Shown here: in pieces, positions 45,180 through 58,763 of the stretch
How the letters are laid out: every line of letters starts with the position of its first letter
Numbering within the stretch: the first letter of the stretch is position 1
Position numbers and translations under genes: made by a program
The notes under the pieces: generated by a model
What the model saw: the letters and a program-made list of their open reading frames with translations, nothing else
The model's database searches: none
Told to the model about the DNA's origin: nothing
Origin: Eledone cirrhosa
Lineage: Eukaryota
Reading direction: 5' to 3'
Length of the DNA: 64,000 nucleotides
NCBI GenBank assembly: GCA_964016885.1
Contig: OZ024743.1
Coordinates: 223,758,001-223,822,000, forward strand

Positions 45180-46147
45180 GGGATAACAAGTTATCGTAAC
45201 AGCATCCCCTAAATTAATGGTAAATCACTTGGCACTTAACATATCAAATCCGCATTCTCACACAGCCCACTTTAGAACCATAATCATCTACATCTATACC
45301 ACCAGGATGGGGCAGTTAATGTCTACAATTATCTTGTCAGCCCATAAATCAATCCCATCTTTGTTGTTTATTCCTTCAGACCAAACAATTATATCTACAT
45401 CTCTCGTATTAGCACTCATGATCTCCAACGGATGAACTTAACTCTAAGTACATTATCTTACTACTCCTACAATCCTTGAAATCTTATTTTCCTCTTATTA
45501 TTATTATAATCATCTCGATGTATCCCTAATTTTATTCATCATGCATGTTCTCTCTATTTACCTTGCATATTTCATTGTTTTTATTACTTTTATTGTATCT
45601 ATTAATGCTGCTATTACTGCCTTATTTATACACTATTTGTTATTGATGTTGTGTAAACTAAACCCCCATGACTCGAACTAACAATCCCAACTTTTAAAGC
45701 AGGCCACCTAAAACTTTAAATATAGAATCTACAACTTCACTTAATATATACTCTATACACTCACTAAGTTGATTCAACGAAAATACTTATCTATCATACT
45801 ATAAATCAATCTCCAGTTTATTGCTAGTGTCCCTTGGGAACCACAGCATACGTATATCCCCTACTAGCACACTTAAAATGTAAATTCCCAAATCCTGACT
45901 CCAAGTACATTTTAGCAGTTACATCTCCACCCCTTTAACAGTTGTCACACGTCAACCTCATACATCTGTATCATATCAGTTCGTTTGCTATATTAGTGCT
46001 ATCATCACACTACATTTCTTACTTATATTGATGTTATTATTTTAACTATTCAGTATCTAGTTATTTTATTATTGATGTTATTGTTCTGGTCTAACACCAC
46101 TCTTCTATAAATGCCATGCCTTGAGTATTTTTTCTTCACTTCCGCAC

Positions 46148-46254
46148 GCTCTGATGAAACGATTAGGTATAAACAAAGTATTGGAGATCGATTGTCGCAA
46201 CATCAAACGAATAGCGAACTCTAGACATACCAAATCGAAGAAACAATTGTCAGC
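46148..46254 (+). ncRNA. Type I hammerhead with extended stem II
   Basis: GCT-CTGATGA-(CGATTAGGTAT...ATACCAAATCG)-GAAA-CAATTG-TC-AGC. Confidence 0.72.
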
Positions 46255-46307
46255 AATATGAATAAAGCCCTTATTGTAAAGCCAACCATGTCACTCTTCT
46301 TTCTTGA

Positions 46308-46350
<43 letters not shown>

Positions 46351-46641
46351 AAGTCCATAGAATCATTAGATAAAATATATACAGTATTTCTTCTCCTAAT
46401 CAGCATAAATTAACCATACAAAAATCAAGTAAACGAGGCTATAGGTTTAAAATATACCTATGAAGAAACAGTAGATAAATGATACAGTTCGTTATCCGCG
46501 ATTCACACCTATAGAAAATTTGCCCATTATTTCTGATAGCCTGTAGAAATTGACTAGACATATAGTTAACCATACATAATTAGTTGCAAAATCAAAGTTA
46601 GAAGTAAAAAATGCACATAAACATTCCAAACTCATCAAAAC

Positions 46642-46724
46642 ATCTCTACTACCGGCAGTTTCATTCCGTTTTTGGATATATCCGATCTTGGATAAATCAA
46701 CGAGGTTGAAAATCATCAGGAGAT
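46642..46724 (-). ncRNA. Type I hammerhead
   Basis: ATCTC-CTGATGA-stem II-GAAA-CTGCCGGTAG-TA-GAGAT. Confidence 0.75.
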
Positions 46725-48452
46725 AAACTCAATTGGACAAAGATTTTTCTTACATGATCCTCGCCAGAAATGAATTCAAAATGGCTAAGAATCGTCACGT
46801 GGCTAGTGGTCAAGGCAGAAAGTTTGTGATTGGTGCCTGTTGGCGAGTAGGCTGGTTGCTAGAAAGCGCAGCCGAATACTGCCTAAAGTTTTACTCCACA
46901 CTACGGGAGTATATAAAATTTAAAGTGTATATACATATAAACTAGACAAGGATATATATATATATATATACACACACACCTATATACACATGTATATATA
47001 TCTTTACACATTTTTGGATGGCCGTTGACTCTTATGAGTCCTTCCGCCCTTTGTCAGGTTTTGCCTTTTGTCCTGCAGGGTATCCAAAATCACTCCCCCT
47101 CCCCAAGAGGTGGGTGAGAGATGTCTTCTTTGTGAAAATGGGTATAGCTTTCATTATGTAAAATCTCCACATTTTGCCTCATTTCTCCCCGTTTTGGGGT
47201 ACTTTTCTCATGGTACTCCCCGTTTGGATTTTTAGAGGTTGGCAGGTCTGGAATCAACCATCTCTACTCTTTTTATTACAAAAATAACTTTTGCAATTAG
47301 AAAAAATATAAACCAATATACACGGATCTCAAACTACCAAGTCTAAAAGCAATCTTCCTTCCATACTATAAAAACATCTCGTGTTGAGTTGATTTCAATC
47401 TTTACCTTTGATACCATTTATTAGGAAATTTATTATGAATCATTTGACCGATAGTAAATCATGTGCTTATAAATATCAAATACCATATTATTCAATTGAT
47501 TTCATTTTTACGCATAAACAATTTCATCTTCTTCATATCTTATTAAAACAGTTTCACCATATCTGAACAAACTGTGATAAATACGTTAATTATTTCAATA
47601 TGGCGTCAAATTAAAACGAATTTCAACTCATGTGAATATTTAGTTTACTTTGGTAGAAGAAAAAAAAATAATAAAAGATAAACAAATGTATTCATTTTCG
47701 CACCGTTTAACTTTCAAGTTCAAATGAATTTTAAAAAAAGAGCAAAAAACAAACTCAATACACTTAATCAGTTTTGTCAATCGGAAATAATAACTTTGCA
47801 CTTTATCACACATATGAGAGAAATAAGTCGATTCAATTGATTTCTTATACTGTTCAGCACTGACGAATAACAATGTCGACCTTGGCGGCACTTATACCAT
47901 AAAGCAAATGAACGTAATCAAATACGAGTTATTTTACCCAGGGCTATATATCATTTTATAGGCGGTGAATTGGCAGAGTCGTTAGAACGTCGGATAGAAT
48001 ATTTATGGTATTTGTTCCGCTCTCTGCTCTCTGTATTCAAATCCCGCCAAGTTCAATTTTGCCTTTCATCCTTTGGAGGTCGATAAAAAAAAGTACCAGT
48101 CTAATACTGGTTCGATTCTTCCTCTATATCTCTTTTTCATTTCCTCTCTCTCATTTTCTATCTTTCTCTGGAAGAAATCTACTGTACTCAGGCCTGGGGA
48201 GGGGTGGGCTCTACGGGCTTTAAATGCCCAAGAAACGCCGTATGTCATTACGACAACCCTACGACTCCCTCAGGAGTTACGGGACCATACCATTTATCAT
48301 TTTACGCAATCAGAAATAATTATTTCTAGCATTGGCACAAGGTCAGCAATTTTTGGAGGAGGGGGTGTAGTCGATTATATCGACTCCAGTACGAGACTGG
48401 TACTTTATTTTACCGAACTCGGAAGGATGGAACTTGACATCAGCGGAATTTG

Positions 48453-48652
48453 NNNNNNNNNNNNNNNNNNNNNNNNNNNNNNNNNNNNNNNNNNNNNNNN
48501 NNNNNNNNNNNNNNNNNNNNNNNNNNNNNNNNNNNNNNNNNNNNNNNNNNNNNNNNNNNNNNNNNNNNNNNNNNNNNNNNNNNNNNNNNNNNNNNNNNNN
48601 NNNNNNNNNNNNNNNNNNNNNNNNNNNNNNNNNNNNNNNNNNNNNNNNNNNN
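48453..48652. other. Assembly gap (200 N)
   Basis: Run of N; the fixed size suggests a scaffolding join of unknown true length. Confidence 0.99.
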
Positions 48653-48819
48653 GTACCCTTGAAATATATATAATAAAATAAATATGGTTTTATAAATATA
48701 GTTTCCATTTATTTAATATCATTGAATATTTACTCCAGGAAGCTGTTGAGTGCTCTAAATCAGTTATAAACATTTATATTTATATTTGTCGGATTTCAAA
48801 CAAATTATATACCCCTTCT

Positions 48820-48875
<56 letters not shown>

Positions 48876-51208
48876 TTCTCGAAGATCGAGTTGAGGCGCG
48901 ACTGTATTAGAATTCATAGAATAATGAGAAAAACTCAATGCAAGGATAACTGCCAAAACAGCAAAATGCCGTCAATGACTGTGTCAGGTAAAATGTTACC
49001 TCAAAGGACAGGAGTTAACGGCTAGAAGTGTGTTGGCCCGGAGAAGTGATATGGAGAGAGGAGCAGAAGAAGAAAATGGAGATATATACACACATATACC
49101 TACACAGCTACATGCAAATTCCTTAACCATTCGCCCATACTGCGTGTCCACTGCATATGTAGATGTTGAATAAAATATTCATATTTGTGTTTGGAAAACG
49201 GATGCTGAAAGAAAGGCTGACAGCAATCAATGACACCACAAAGCTGTATTATTTAGAGAAAACATACGACCATCACGATAACATTAGGATAACTGAAATG
49301 TTTAATAGTTAGCTTACATATTGTGCTGTACGGAGAGAAAGATAAAGTAAAGCAAAACGGGTGATGTTATAGTTAGATCAATAAGTGGGGGCGTGTGGGG
49401 TCTAGGAAGGGGACATGACCCGTGTTTTGAGATGACTAATATGAACATATTTGGTGTCATTGACTAACAAATAATCTGCAATCACATTTCCATTTATTTT
49501 ATCTTTATGAGATACTGTGTTTATGTAAACTACTGATGCGTTAGTAGTGTTTGTTTTTATGTTGTAGTATATGGATAGAGCATAGCCGAATAGTTGAGGA
49601 GTTCGCTTCGCAATTACGAAGTTTTGATTTCTTTTTCACTGCGTAGTAACTAGGGTATGTGTCTTGTACCCTAGCCTCAGGTCGATCCAAACCATGTGAG
49701 TCAAAATGGGTAGATAGATGGAAACGTTTTGCAAGTTTGTTGGATGGAATGTAACTGTAGTTGAAAGGGCCAGCTTTGTGACACCCTATGTTAGACAGAA
49801 TCGCTCTAAAAATACGTTAAGATTACACACGTGGAATACTCAGCAACTCAGCGTGTTAATTTAATTAGTAATCCATCTTGTTTGATCCGTACATCTGTTT
49901 AGTTGATTACAATAATTAGAATTACAATAATTTAGAAGACAAAATACCTACTCAGGCCAGCTCTCTACCACTTTGTCATCTTCAAACTTTACCAATAGCC
50001 TCATCAATAAACTTATAGACACATTCTAGAACATGTTAATGAATGCCTAAAAGCTACATTAATTAATCGCTGATGTTCTTTGATAATTATGACTAAATCC
50101 ATTCATTGTCTCTGCAGGTTACTAATTGTGCATTACTGTACTGTCGTTAGGTCCAAAATCAATAGAGTGATATTGTATTTAGTTATAAAGGAGGGTAATT
50201 ATTTCAACATAGACTGTTTGGTTATCTTTGGTTTGTGTTGAAGGCGCGTAGCCTAGTGGTTAGGGTGTTGGACTCACAATCATAATGTAGTGGGTTTGTA
50301 TTCCTGTACTGAGCGGTGCGTTGTGTTCATGATCAAAATACTTTACTTCTGCTACTTCTCCCAGGATTGACGACGTCAGATAGTATCAACGATGGAAACA
50401 CTAGTGAAAACACGCTCTCCTTGGTCCGCTCTGACAATCGGCTCCTCTTTTGATTATTCGTCGTCGATAATTATAGTGAATTTACCACGGCTACGACGAC
50501 GGTGCGTTGATTTAGTTTTATATCCACAAAGTATTAAATACACTTTTAGATTTTGTTTAGAAATAATTATAACAACGCACAAGTTATGAAATATACGTTA
50601 CAAAACATATTTTAATCAATTGATTAATTAATAATTTTAATGTAATTTTAACAGCGAAAATTACAAAATGCAATGTACAAAATAGATGTTAATATTGGTG
50701 TTATTTATACATTATATTAATGTCTTATGGAGGAAATGAGATTGAAGAAAGGATTGTTGTTCGTTATCCGCCTAACAAACTTAGATGTACTAAATAAAAT
50801 AATGATGAAACTTATTTTTAATACAAAATTCGAAACAAAAGTATTGGCATTAATTCTACAGCCAGCCTCGTAATAATGGTGAATTCACTTTCTTTTTCAA
50901 AACACCATCATCAAAAATATTGTAATCGTGAATACACGTGGCTTAGAGGTTAAAGTGCTGCGCTTCTTACGATCATACATCCGTGAGAACGATTCTCGGA
51001 CTGGGCGATGAGTTGTACTTTTGAGCCAGACACATTTGATATTGCTCCATTCTTATTAACACCTCCAACTATTATGTTAGTGATATTGCTAATTAACCCT
51101 AGCCAGTCAAGTTCGCACTGTATGAAAATGAACATCCCCAGCCGATGTTACATATGCACAAAGCATATAAGCTATAAGCTTATTCTTGTATCAGTACCTA
51201 GTGATTAA

Positions 51209-51253
51209 ATGTTACTGATGATGGACAGCAATCCAGAAACACATGTCTGACAT
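51209..51253 (+). ncRNA. Canonical minimal type I hammerhead
   Basis: ATGTTA-CTGATGA-TGGACAGCAATCCA-GAAA-CACATG-TC-TGACAT (GUC triplet). Confidence 0.88.
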
Positions 51254-52898
51254 TCTCATACAGCTATTGGGGTAGCTGTGACATGATAACAGTTTAAAAT
51301 ATTCATACATAAATCCCGCCGGGGGTTAACTTTGCCTTTCATCCTTACGGGGTCGATAAAATAAAGCACCAGTAATGCACTGGAATAATTGATGATCTTG
51401 TGCCAAAAGTAGAAACAATAATACATAAATATATTATATATACCCTTATATAATCTATTTTCAATATACAGTTGTATTTAGATATTGTATAGATATCGAT
51501 TGTTTTACTGACATAACCGATCACAACAAACGAATGAGAGTTAAACTACTCTGAATGGTGTTCGATGAGTCCTGACTAAGCAGACCTATAATCAATGACA
51601 TTCCAACTCTGACTGTTGAGTCTTCGTTTTAGGCATAGTGTACTTAATACTACATTATCCAAAGTGTACTTTCTGTTTTTTAAGATAGCAGGTTGTGTTT
51701 GTGGGAGATTTGATTGCAATTTCTAGAAGTTCGAGCGATGGCTATTATAGACTCCTCCATACACCTAATTAAGTCTAATTTTTATATATCTATTGTATTG
51801 TTGTTGTTGGTTCATTGAAAATATTGATATTGGAACTGCATTATCTGAGGAGATTAAATAACAGGGTTATGATTATATTAAACATTATAAAGTACTTTGA
51901 AAGGTTGTGTCATGAAAGGCAGCCGGATTTACTGTTAAGAGAAGTTTTAGTTTAGCATCGTTAAACAATGATTGCAGTATTTGAAGATTTCAGTAAGATT
52001 TCATTTGTTTCAAGAAAGCAAACAGAATTCTCTGTACGATAAAATCAAATAACTCAATACACACATTGGGCTTCTGTAAACTATCTGTATGTAAATACTA
52101 CAATCAGCATCAGCCTAGACTTCTTAAATATTTCGCTGCTACTGTTGTAGTTGTCGTTGCTGTTGTTGTTATCATCACCACTGTCGTCTACGCAGTAGAA
52201 GTTATTGTTGTTCTTTCTTTCTGGTACTTCTTCATTTTGCAACGTAAACTCCACATTTGAAGCGCGCTGTTAAACAATGTAGGTTCCGGTTGATAGGATT
52301 TTTAAAACATATAAAAGACACTAAATAAAGACATTGATTGCCTGCTTACGTTCGGGAGTTATGTTTATTCCTTGCACATTGTAGCTTTGTGGAAAGATTT
52401 TCTCCACAAATAACATTAAAATCATAAGGAGAAACATATGGCCGTCTGATTAAAGATTTCACTTATCAATCGCATACTTGTGAGTTCGATACCCCTTGTG
52501 TGACGTCTTGGGAAAGTTTTGTTATCCTTTTTATTAACCGAGTGTCCTATGAGTAAAATTGAGTAGACGGAAACTGTAAGGAAGCCCTTCAAATTGATTA
52601 TATATGTATGGACATGTAACACCTGAAGGAGTCGTAGGGGCGCCGTATTGACATACGGCGTTTCTAGGGCTCTTTCTAAAAGCCTGGCGGAGCCCATCTA
52701 CTCTCCAGGTCTGAATACAGCAAATTTCTTCCGGAGAAGGAAAGAGAGTGAACGAATGAAAGTGATAAGAATCAACCCAAGTACTAGACTGGTACTTACT
52801 TTTTTATCGACCTTGAATGGAGGAAAGGCAAAGTAGACATTTTAAACTAGGATTATCATGCATTGCAATATATGTGTTGACATATGAGGACAGTATTG

Positions 52899-53093
52899 CA
52901 GACCTGTCAACTCTCCCGTCCAATGGGGGAGATCTCCCACCCACTTTAGGGTGGATGAGAGATATCTTCTCTTATGAAAATGGGTATAGCTTTCATTATG
53001 TAAAATATCCCCATTTTGCCCCATTTCTCCCCGTTTTGAGGCACTTTTTTTCATGGTAGACCCCGTTTGGGTTTTTAGAGGTGGGCAGGTCTG
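52899..53093. mobile_element. MITE with TIRs (truncated second copy at about 47105-47250)
   Basis: CAGACCTGTCAACTCT ... AGAGGTGGGCAGGTCTG; imperfect flanking duplication gtattg/gtgttg. Confidence 0.65.
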
Positions 53094-53301
53094 GTGTTGA
53101 ATATTGTATTTGAATTACTTCAGATACATAACTTTGTGATTAAGGAGTTCGCTTTGCAACCACATGATTTCAAGTTCAATCTCACTACATGGCACATTGA
53201 AAAGGTGTCTTCTACTATAGGCTCGAGTTAATCAATGTCTTGTGAGTGGAATTTGATAGATGGAAACTGCAGAAGATCGCCGCACGCAGACGCGTGTGCG
53301 C

Positions 53302-53334
<33 letters not shown>

Positions 53335-56300
53335 ATTGTGTACGTATGTGTTTATGTTACTTAATCTAGCTGTTTGACAAAAAGAGTTCGATAAAATAAG
53401 TCCAAGGCTTGAACATATTGGGGGTCGACTAAAATCCATTTAAAGCAATGGCCTAGCATGACAGTAGTTTAATAACTGAAACCAGTAAAATAATTGTTTC
53501 TATTTTTTGGCACAAGGCCAGCAATTATCCTAGTGTATTACTGGTACTTTATTTTATCGACCCCGTAAGGATGAAAGGCAAAGTTAACCTCAACGGGATT
53601 TGAACTCAGACCGTAAAGGGGCGTAACTCTCTTCTGAAAAGCATAGCGTGCGACCCTGTAAAATAATAAAAGAGTAATAGACAAGTTTACTTTAGTGAGC
53701 ATTGAAGCGAACCGACACGAGGCCCTACCTACTTATAACACAATTTCTTGCTGTCTGGTTATTCCCCTTTACTTCACCCTCTGTAATATCTTTACAAATC
53801 AATATTATCATATAACGTCCTCTAACTCCACCTCTCATTTTCAAAGATTAGCTATTTAATTGAATTTCTCGAATACATGTAATCGATATATTTATTACGG
53901 CCTATAGCTAGCTGAAACTTATATCTACCTTACCGACCGATTTTTAATAGAATACTTCTGTATACTTACATTTTATGGCTTTCGGGTGAGATCTTCACAA
54001 GTAACATCATAAAAGTATAAGGACAAGAACGTGACCGTGTGATTAATAATTTCACTTGTCAATCACATAATTCTGAGTTCGATCCCCCCCCCCTCCTATA
54101 TGATAGAATGTGTAGGTTCTTGTTATCATAGCATTAGGTCAACCGAATTTCCTGAGAGCAAAATTACGTAAACGGAAAGTGTTTGTGATCCCGTCGGATG
54201 AACGGGGCCTGTTTTTAAATAGTATACTTAATCCATCATTCAGTTTCACATCATCTGGCGCTTGGATGTCTTTACCTGAAGCCATCCTGTATAATATTTT
54301 AGGTCTGATATCTTATTGCAGAGGACAGGAACATAAGCAAATACCGGGGCTTGTCCGACCGCTTCCTCTTTGCATTGGTCGCCGTCGAGACCTCAGGCAT
54401 TCTCGGACCCCTGTACAGTTGACCTTCACCGTAAAATCAGAATAACAGCAGCCTGTCTGAGGAAGTAGCGCCGCGAGGAGGGGTGGCAGTTACAGCGGGT
54501 ATCGCTGGCCATTGTCCGAGGCAATGCCTTAGCCATTTTGTTCGCGGTGCGCAGCCGAAACAGCGCTCTGACTTAAGTGAAGAATCTGTCACCCACTCCT
54601 CTTCTTCCTTTCTTTCGTTGCTTAATAACCCATGCGCTTTCCTTCCTTTTCTTCTCAATTATAGTCTTTTACAATGCTCCTATCTTTTTTCTTTGATTGA
54701 TTTCTATTGATTTACTTCTTTTGAATATTTCATTATCATTATATATATTATATGAATTGTGTTAATATTACAAAATGGAATAAATAAAGGTTACTAAAGT
54801 AAAAAGAAAAATTGAGTCATTCAGATTTTAAAATTGGTTTCCAGTATTGTGAAAACCACTAATCCGAAACATTCCTATTTTTTACGTGAATGCACATGTA
54901 TATATAAATACACAAGTATGTGGAAAATATGTATTAGGTGGATGAAAGAATGGTATTTAACTAATGAATTGGTACGCGATGGGGCCCACCCACAGCCCTG
55001 GCAGACAGAATGGAGAAGGCGTTTCTCCGGAGGACAGGAGTGTATACACCAATACATTAATATACCAGTTTATGTGCAAATAGATATGTGTGTGTCTATG
55101 CGTATATACATATAAACATGCGTATATACGCATGTTTACATAAGTATATACGATGATACATGCGTATCAGTTTGGTTGCTTCATCTAGTTGACCAGATAT
55201 TGCAACCAACCTGAAACTTCGAAGTCACTCCCATTTTTCTCTTCAGAAAAGGAAATTTATACTCTACTTACAAGTATCGAACGCCCATTCAGTTAATGTC
55301 TGAACTATCTGAACCTGTAAAAATTCTCTGTTGATTAACAACTAAGACACACTAATTACACTAACATATATTTGTACAATCACACAATTTTCTTGAAGTA
55401 ATTTATTACCTCTGAATAGCTAAATGAGAAGAAAAATGGAATAATTGTATTTTGCTTCAACACACTAATTAATAACATTACAATCATTACACTGGTGTAT
55501 TCATAATATTCATTGCATCATTATATCATTTAAATCATACCATTAAATATGATTATCAAAATTTTATTTAATTTATATAATTAATTTATATACAATGATT
55601 TTAGTGATAGTTTTTTCCTCTTTGTTTGCCTTGGCTGTTGGTATAAACATTAGTTAATTCCCATTCCTAGAGAATGTAATATATACTTGTTCATGACTAA
55701 ATACTGGTTTTGGTTGGTAAATTCCTTTCTTATTAAATGTTTCACCCTGTTGAATAAACTAGTCTGACTGGAAACTAACTTGCGTTCTTTGTGAAGTAAA
55801 AGGTAAATTTGAATCATTGGGTGTCAGTTTAAACCTAGGCCTGCCAGCCAAAGCACAACTTATTAACAAATCTTCAGTGCAATTACGATGTAAGTTAACA
55901 ATTCTAGTTTAGCTCCATTACAAAGACCTTACTGATTGATGATATATTGCCTAATTACATTACAACAGATCTAATTTAAAATCCAATCTATGTTAAGACA
56001 TTCTAGATGGAGTAAATGAATTAAGTGTTTTTATTGTGTAGCGTTCATTATTTGCCTGATTCTCACTAACAATTTCATTTGAACCCAAATATGTTTCAAC
56101 ATTTCTTGTGATAGTTTTAAAGAAATACTGAGTTCTTAGGGTAAAGTATTACACGTATTCGTCTCTCTTCGTTAGATGATTCACTGAAAATAGAATTTGC
56201 TAAAGAATTTTCAATGCAGGAAGAATATGGTAACTTGACATTATGTGATGTTAATCTTAGAATGGAGTGGTTCTATTTCCAAACAGAAGCAACCAATGTT

Positions 56301-56482
56301 CTCTTAAATTACCCCCAGATCATTTTCGGCCTTACATCCCCTGAGATAAAATGCCTCAGCTGTTGGTAGACCATAACCGTGCATGATACACGCCCCCTGT
56401 CTCGTTAATTAGCATAGTATTTGATTCGTCCTCTTTTATGGTCAGCATTGGTTTAGTCTTCTAATCATTATTTCTGCATGCA

Positions 56483-56666
56483 GTGTGTTGGCAGTATCGG
56501 TAGAGGGTCGGACGCCATGCTTGCCAGCATAGTTACGTCCCTTTACGATTTGAGTTCAAATCCCGCCGAGGTTGACTTTGCCTTTCATCCTTACGGGGTC
56601 GATAAAATAAAGTACCAGTAATGAACTGGGTAATTGCTGGCCTTGTGCCTAAAGTAGAAACAATTA
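56483..56666 (+). mobile_element. Well-preserved copy of the dominant SINE
   Basis: Complete head, core and tail. Flanking duplication attatttctgcatgcag overlaps the ends (TSD). Confidence 0.88.
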
Positions 56667-58647
56667 TTTCTGCATGCAGCAGAAAACGAAACGTCATAAA
56701 CATAATCCAATTAGTATTTCAAAATGCTCATGATCGCTTTTTTAGGCCAATTACTTCCTACGATAAACCAGTTTGCTGGAGAAGGCATAGCAAGATTTGT
56801 ACTCAGAATGCACAGAACAGGAGCAGATACGGCAAATATAATATAAGGTTTAGATTTAAATATAAACACTTTAAAACAGAGTGTTTTGTATCATAAAAAC
56901 CGGGTCCGTTTTCCTGAGTCTTTATATCAGAAGGGTTAAAAATGGAAAGGGATGTGGTGTGGCAATAGTTTCACATAAAATCAGTTAGTGTACCAGAATT
57001 CGATTCTCAATTGAAACTATTTACATCACCAAAAATCCTTTATAAAATAATGTTACAACCTTCACTATTTTTCATTTTTTTTCTTCTTCTACAAATTGAT
57101 ATGCCGCTGTGAAAAGAGACTGTTTGTAGGTAAAGCTCTCATTTGTTTTACAGATAATAATTCTATAGGAATAAAAAAAAGTAGAGTTACGTTTACAACA
57201 TTTAGTGAAGGACCATTAAGCCCATAACTTCTCTTTATTATTAAAATAACTAAACCTATATGGAATTTTGATTAAAATATGCATTTAAAAATCTCTATTT
57301 CCAAAGAATTGCACTACATTGCATAAAATAAATCTGAAGTTATTTCTATCAATGGTACACAGCCAACAATTTGGGCGAAGGGAAAAGTCGATTATATTAA
57401 CCTCGGTATTTTATTTTTATCGGCCCAGGAAGGATGAAAGGCAAAGTTAACCTAGGTGTATTTGAACTCACAACGTAGAAGGTCATAACTAAATACTGCA
57501 AAGCATTTTGTCCGACGCTCTACCGATACTGTCTGTTCATCGCTTTAAAGCTATTTCACAAGGAGAATTTTTTACAGTAAGAAATGTAATGCCATTACTT
57601 TAACCCGTATGGTGTTGTACACCAGTTACTAGTCATAACTTGATACGTCTAATTTCTGCACAGAAATTAGACGTATCAAGTGCACAGTTTGACACCTGCA
57701 TCCGGCTCTTGGGTGACTTTAGTCGATTTCACTCTGGAGAAAACATTCTAACCACACCTGCGAATCTCTCATCGCTCAAGTTTTTGTTTTTTCTGTTCTA
57801 CAGGCATTGTTTTGACACCCAATTGTCACATTAATATCACCCGTCAGTGAGGGTCTTTAAAAGTTATAAGTATTACCTTTACACCCTCTGACCGGTTCCT
57901 ATGGTAAGGAGGCAAAAAATAACAAGGTGGAATCTGATCGAACCAACGAGGAAGCCTCTAGGTAGTTGCTCGAGATGTTAGATATAGCAGCCAAATCTCC
58001 CTCAACCAAACTTTGCCATCTTAGAAAAGGACACATTGGATAAAAGTGATCCCGGTTCCACTGCATGCACTGGATGATCACAGCAAGAAAGTCTTTTATC
58101 ATAAGGCTGTGGTGCTAAACCATAACAATAATAATTTAAAAAGCTAGGTAAGCAGAGAGAGAAACGTAGAATAAATTGTTCTACCATGAAACACGACAAA
58201 CATATTGTTCACAGCTTACCAGCTCGGTCATTTTGTATTTACAAAACGTTCAATCAAATGTCACTTTGTAGGTGAAGCTCCATAGCAATATTTTGGAAAT
58301 CGCTCGACTAAATGACAACATATATTTATTATAATGCCTTGTGCCATATACTGAGAATATAGTGTACTAAATGGCCGCATATATCAATGATACAGTCTCA
58401 TGTTATATACTGGTATATATTGTAGTAAATGATAGCATATATTAATGATACAGTCATGTATTATATACTGAGTATACATTCCGTTTATATATAAAATAAT
58501 TGCGTGAAAATGGCAAATAAAATAAATTTAATAAATGTTTTTCGTGACGCATTGTAATTTAGGCTATTTTCTTTAGGGCAGTAAATTTTCAAGCAGACAT
58601 AATAGAAAGAATATTAACTTAATTTATTTAAGTTTATAGCTGAATGC

Positions 58648-58753
<106 letters not shown>

Positions 58754-58763
58754 GTGTATGTAT

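Noticed and set aside
48073-48708. ORFs spanning poly-X
   Set aside because: Artefacts of the 200-N gap.
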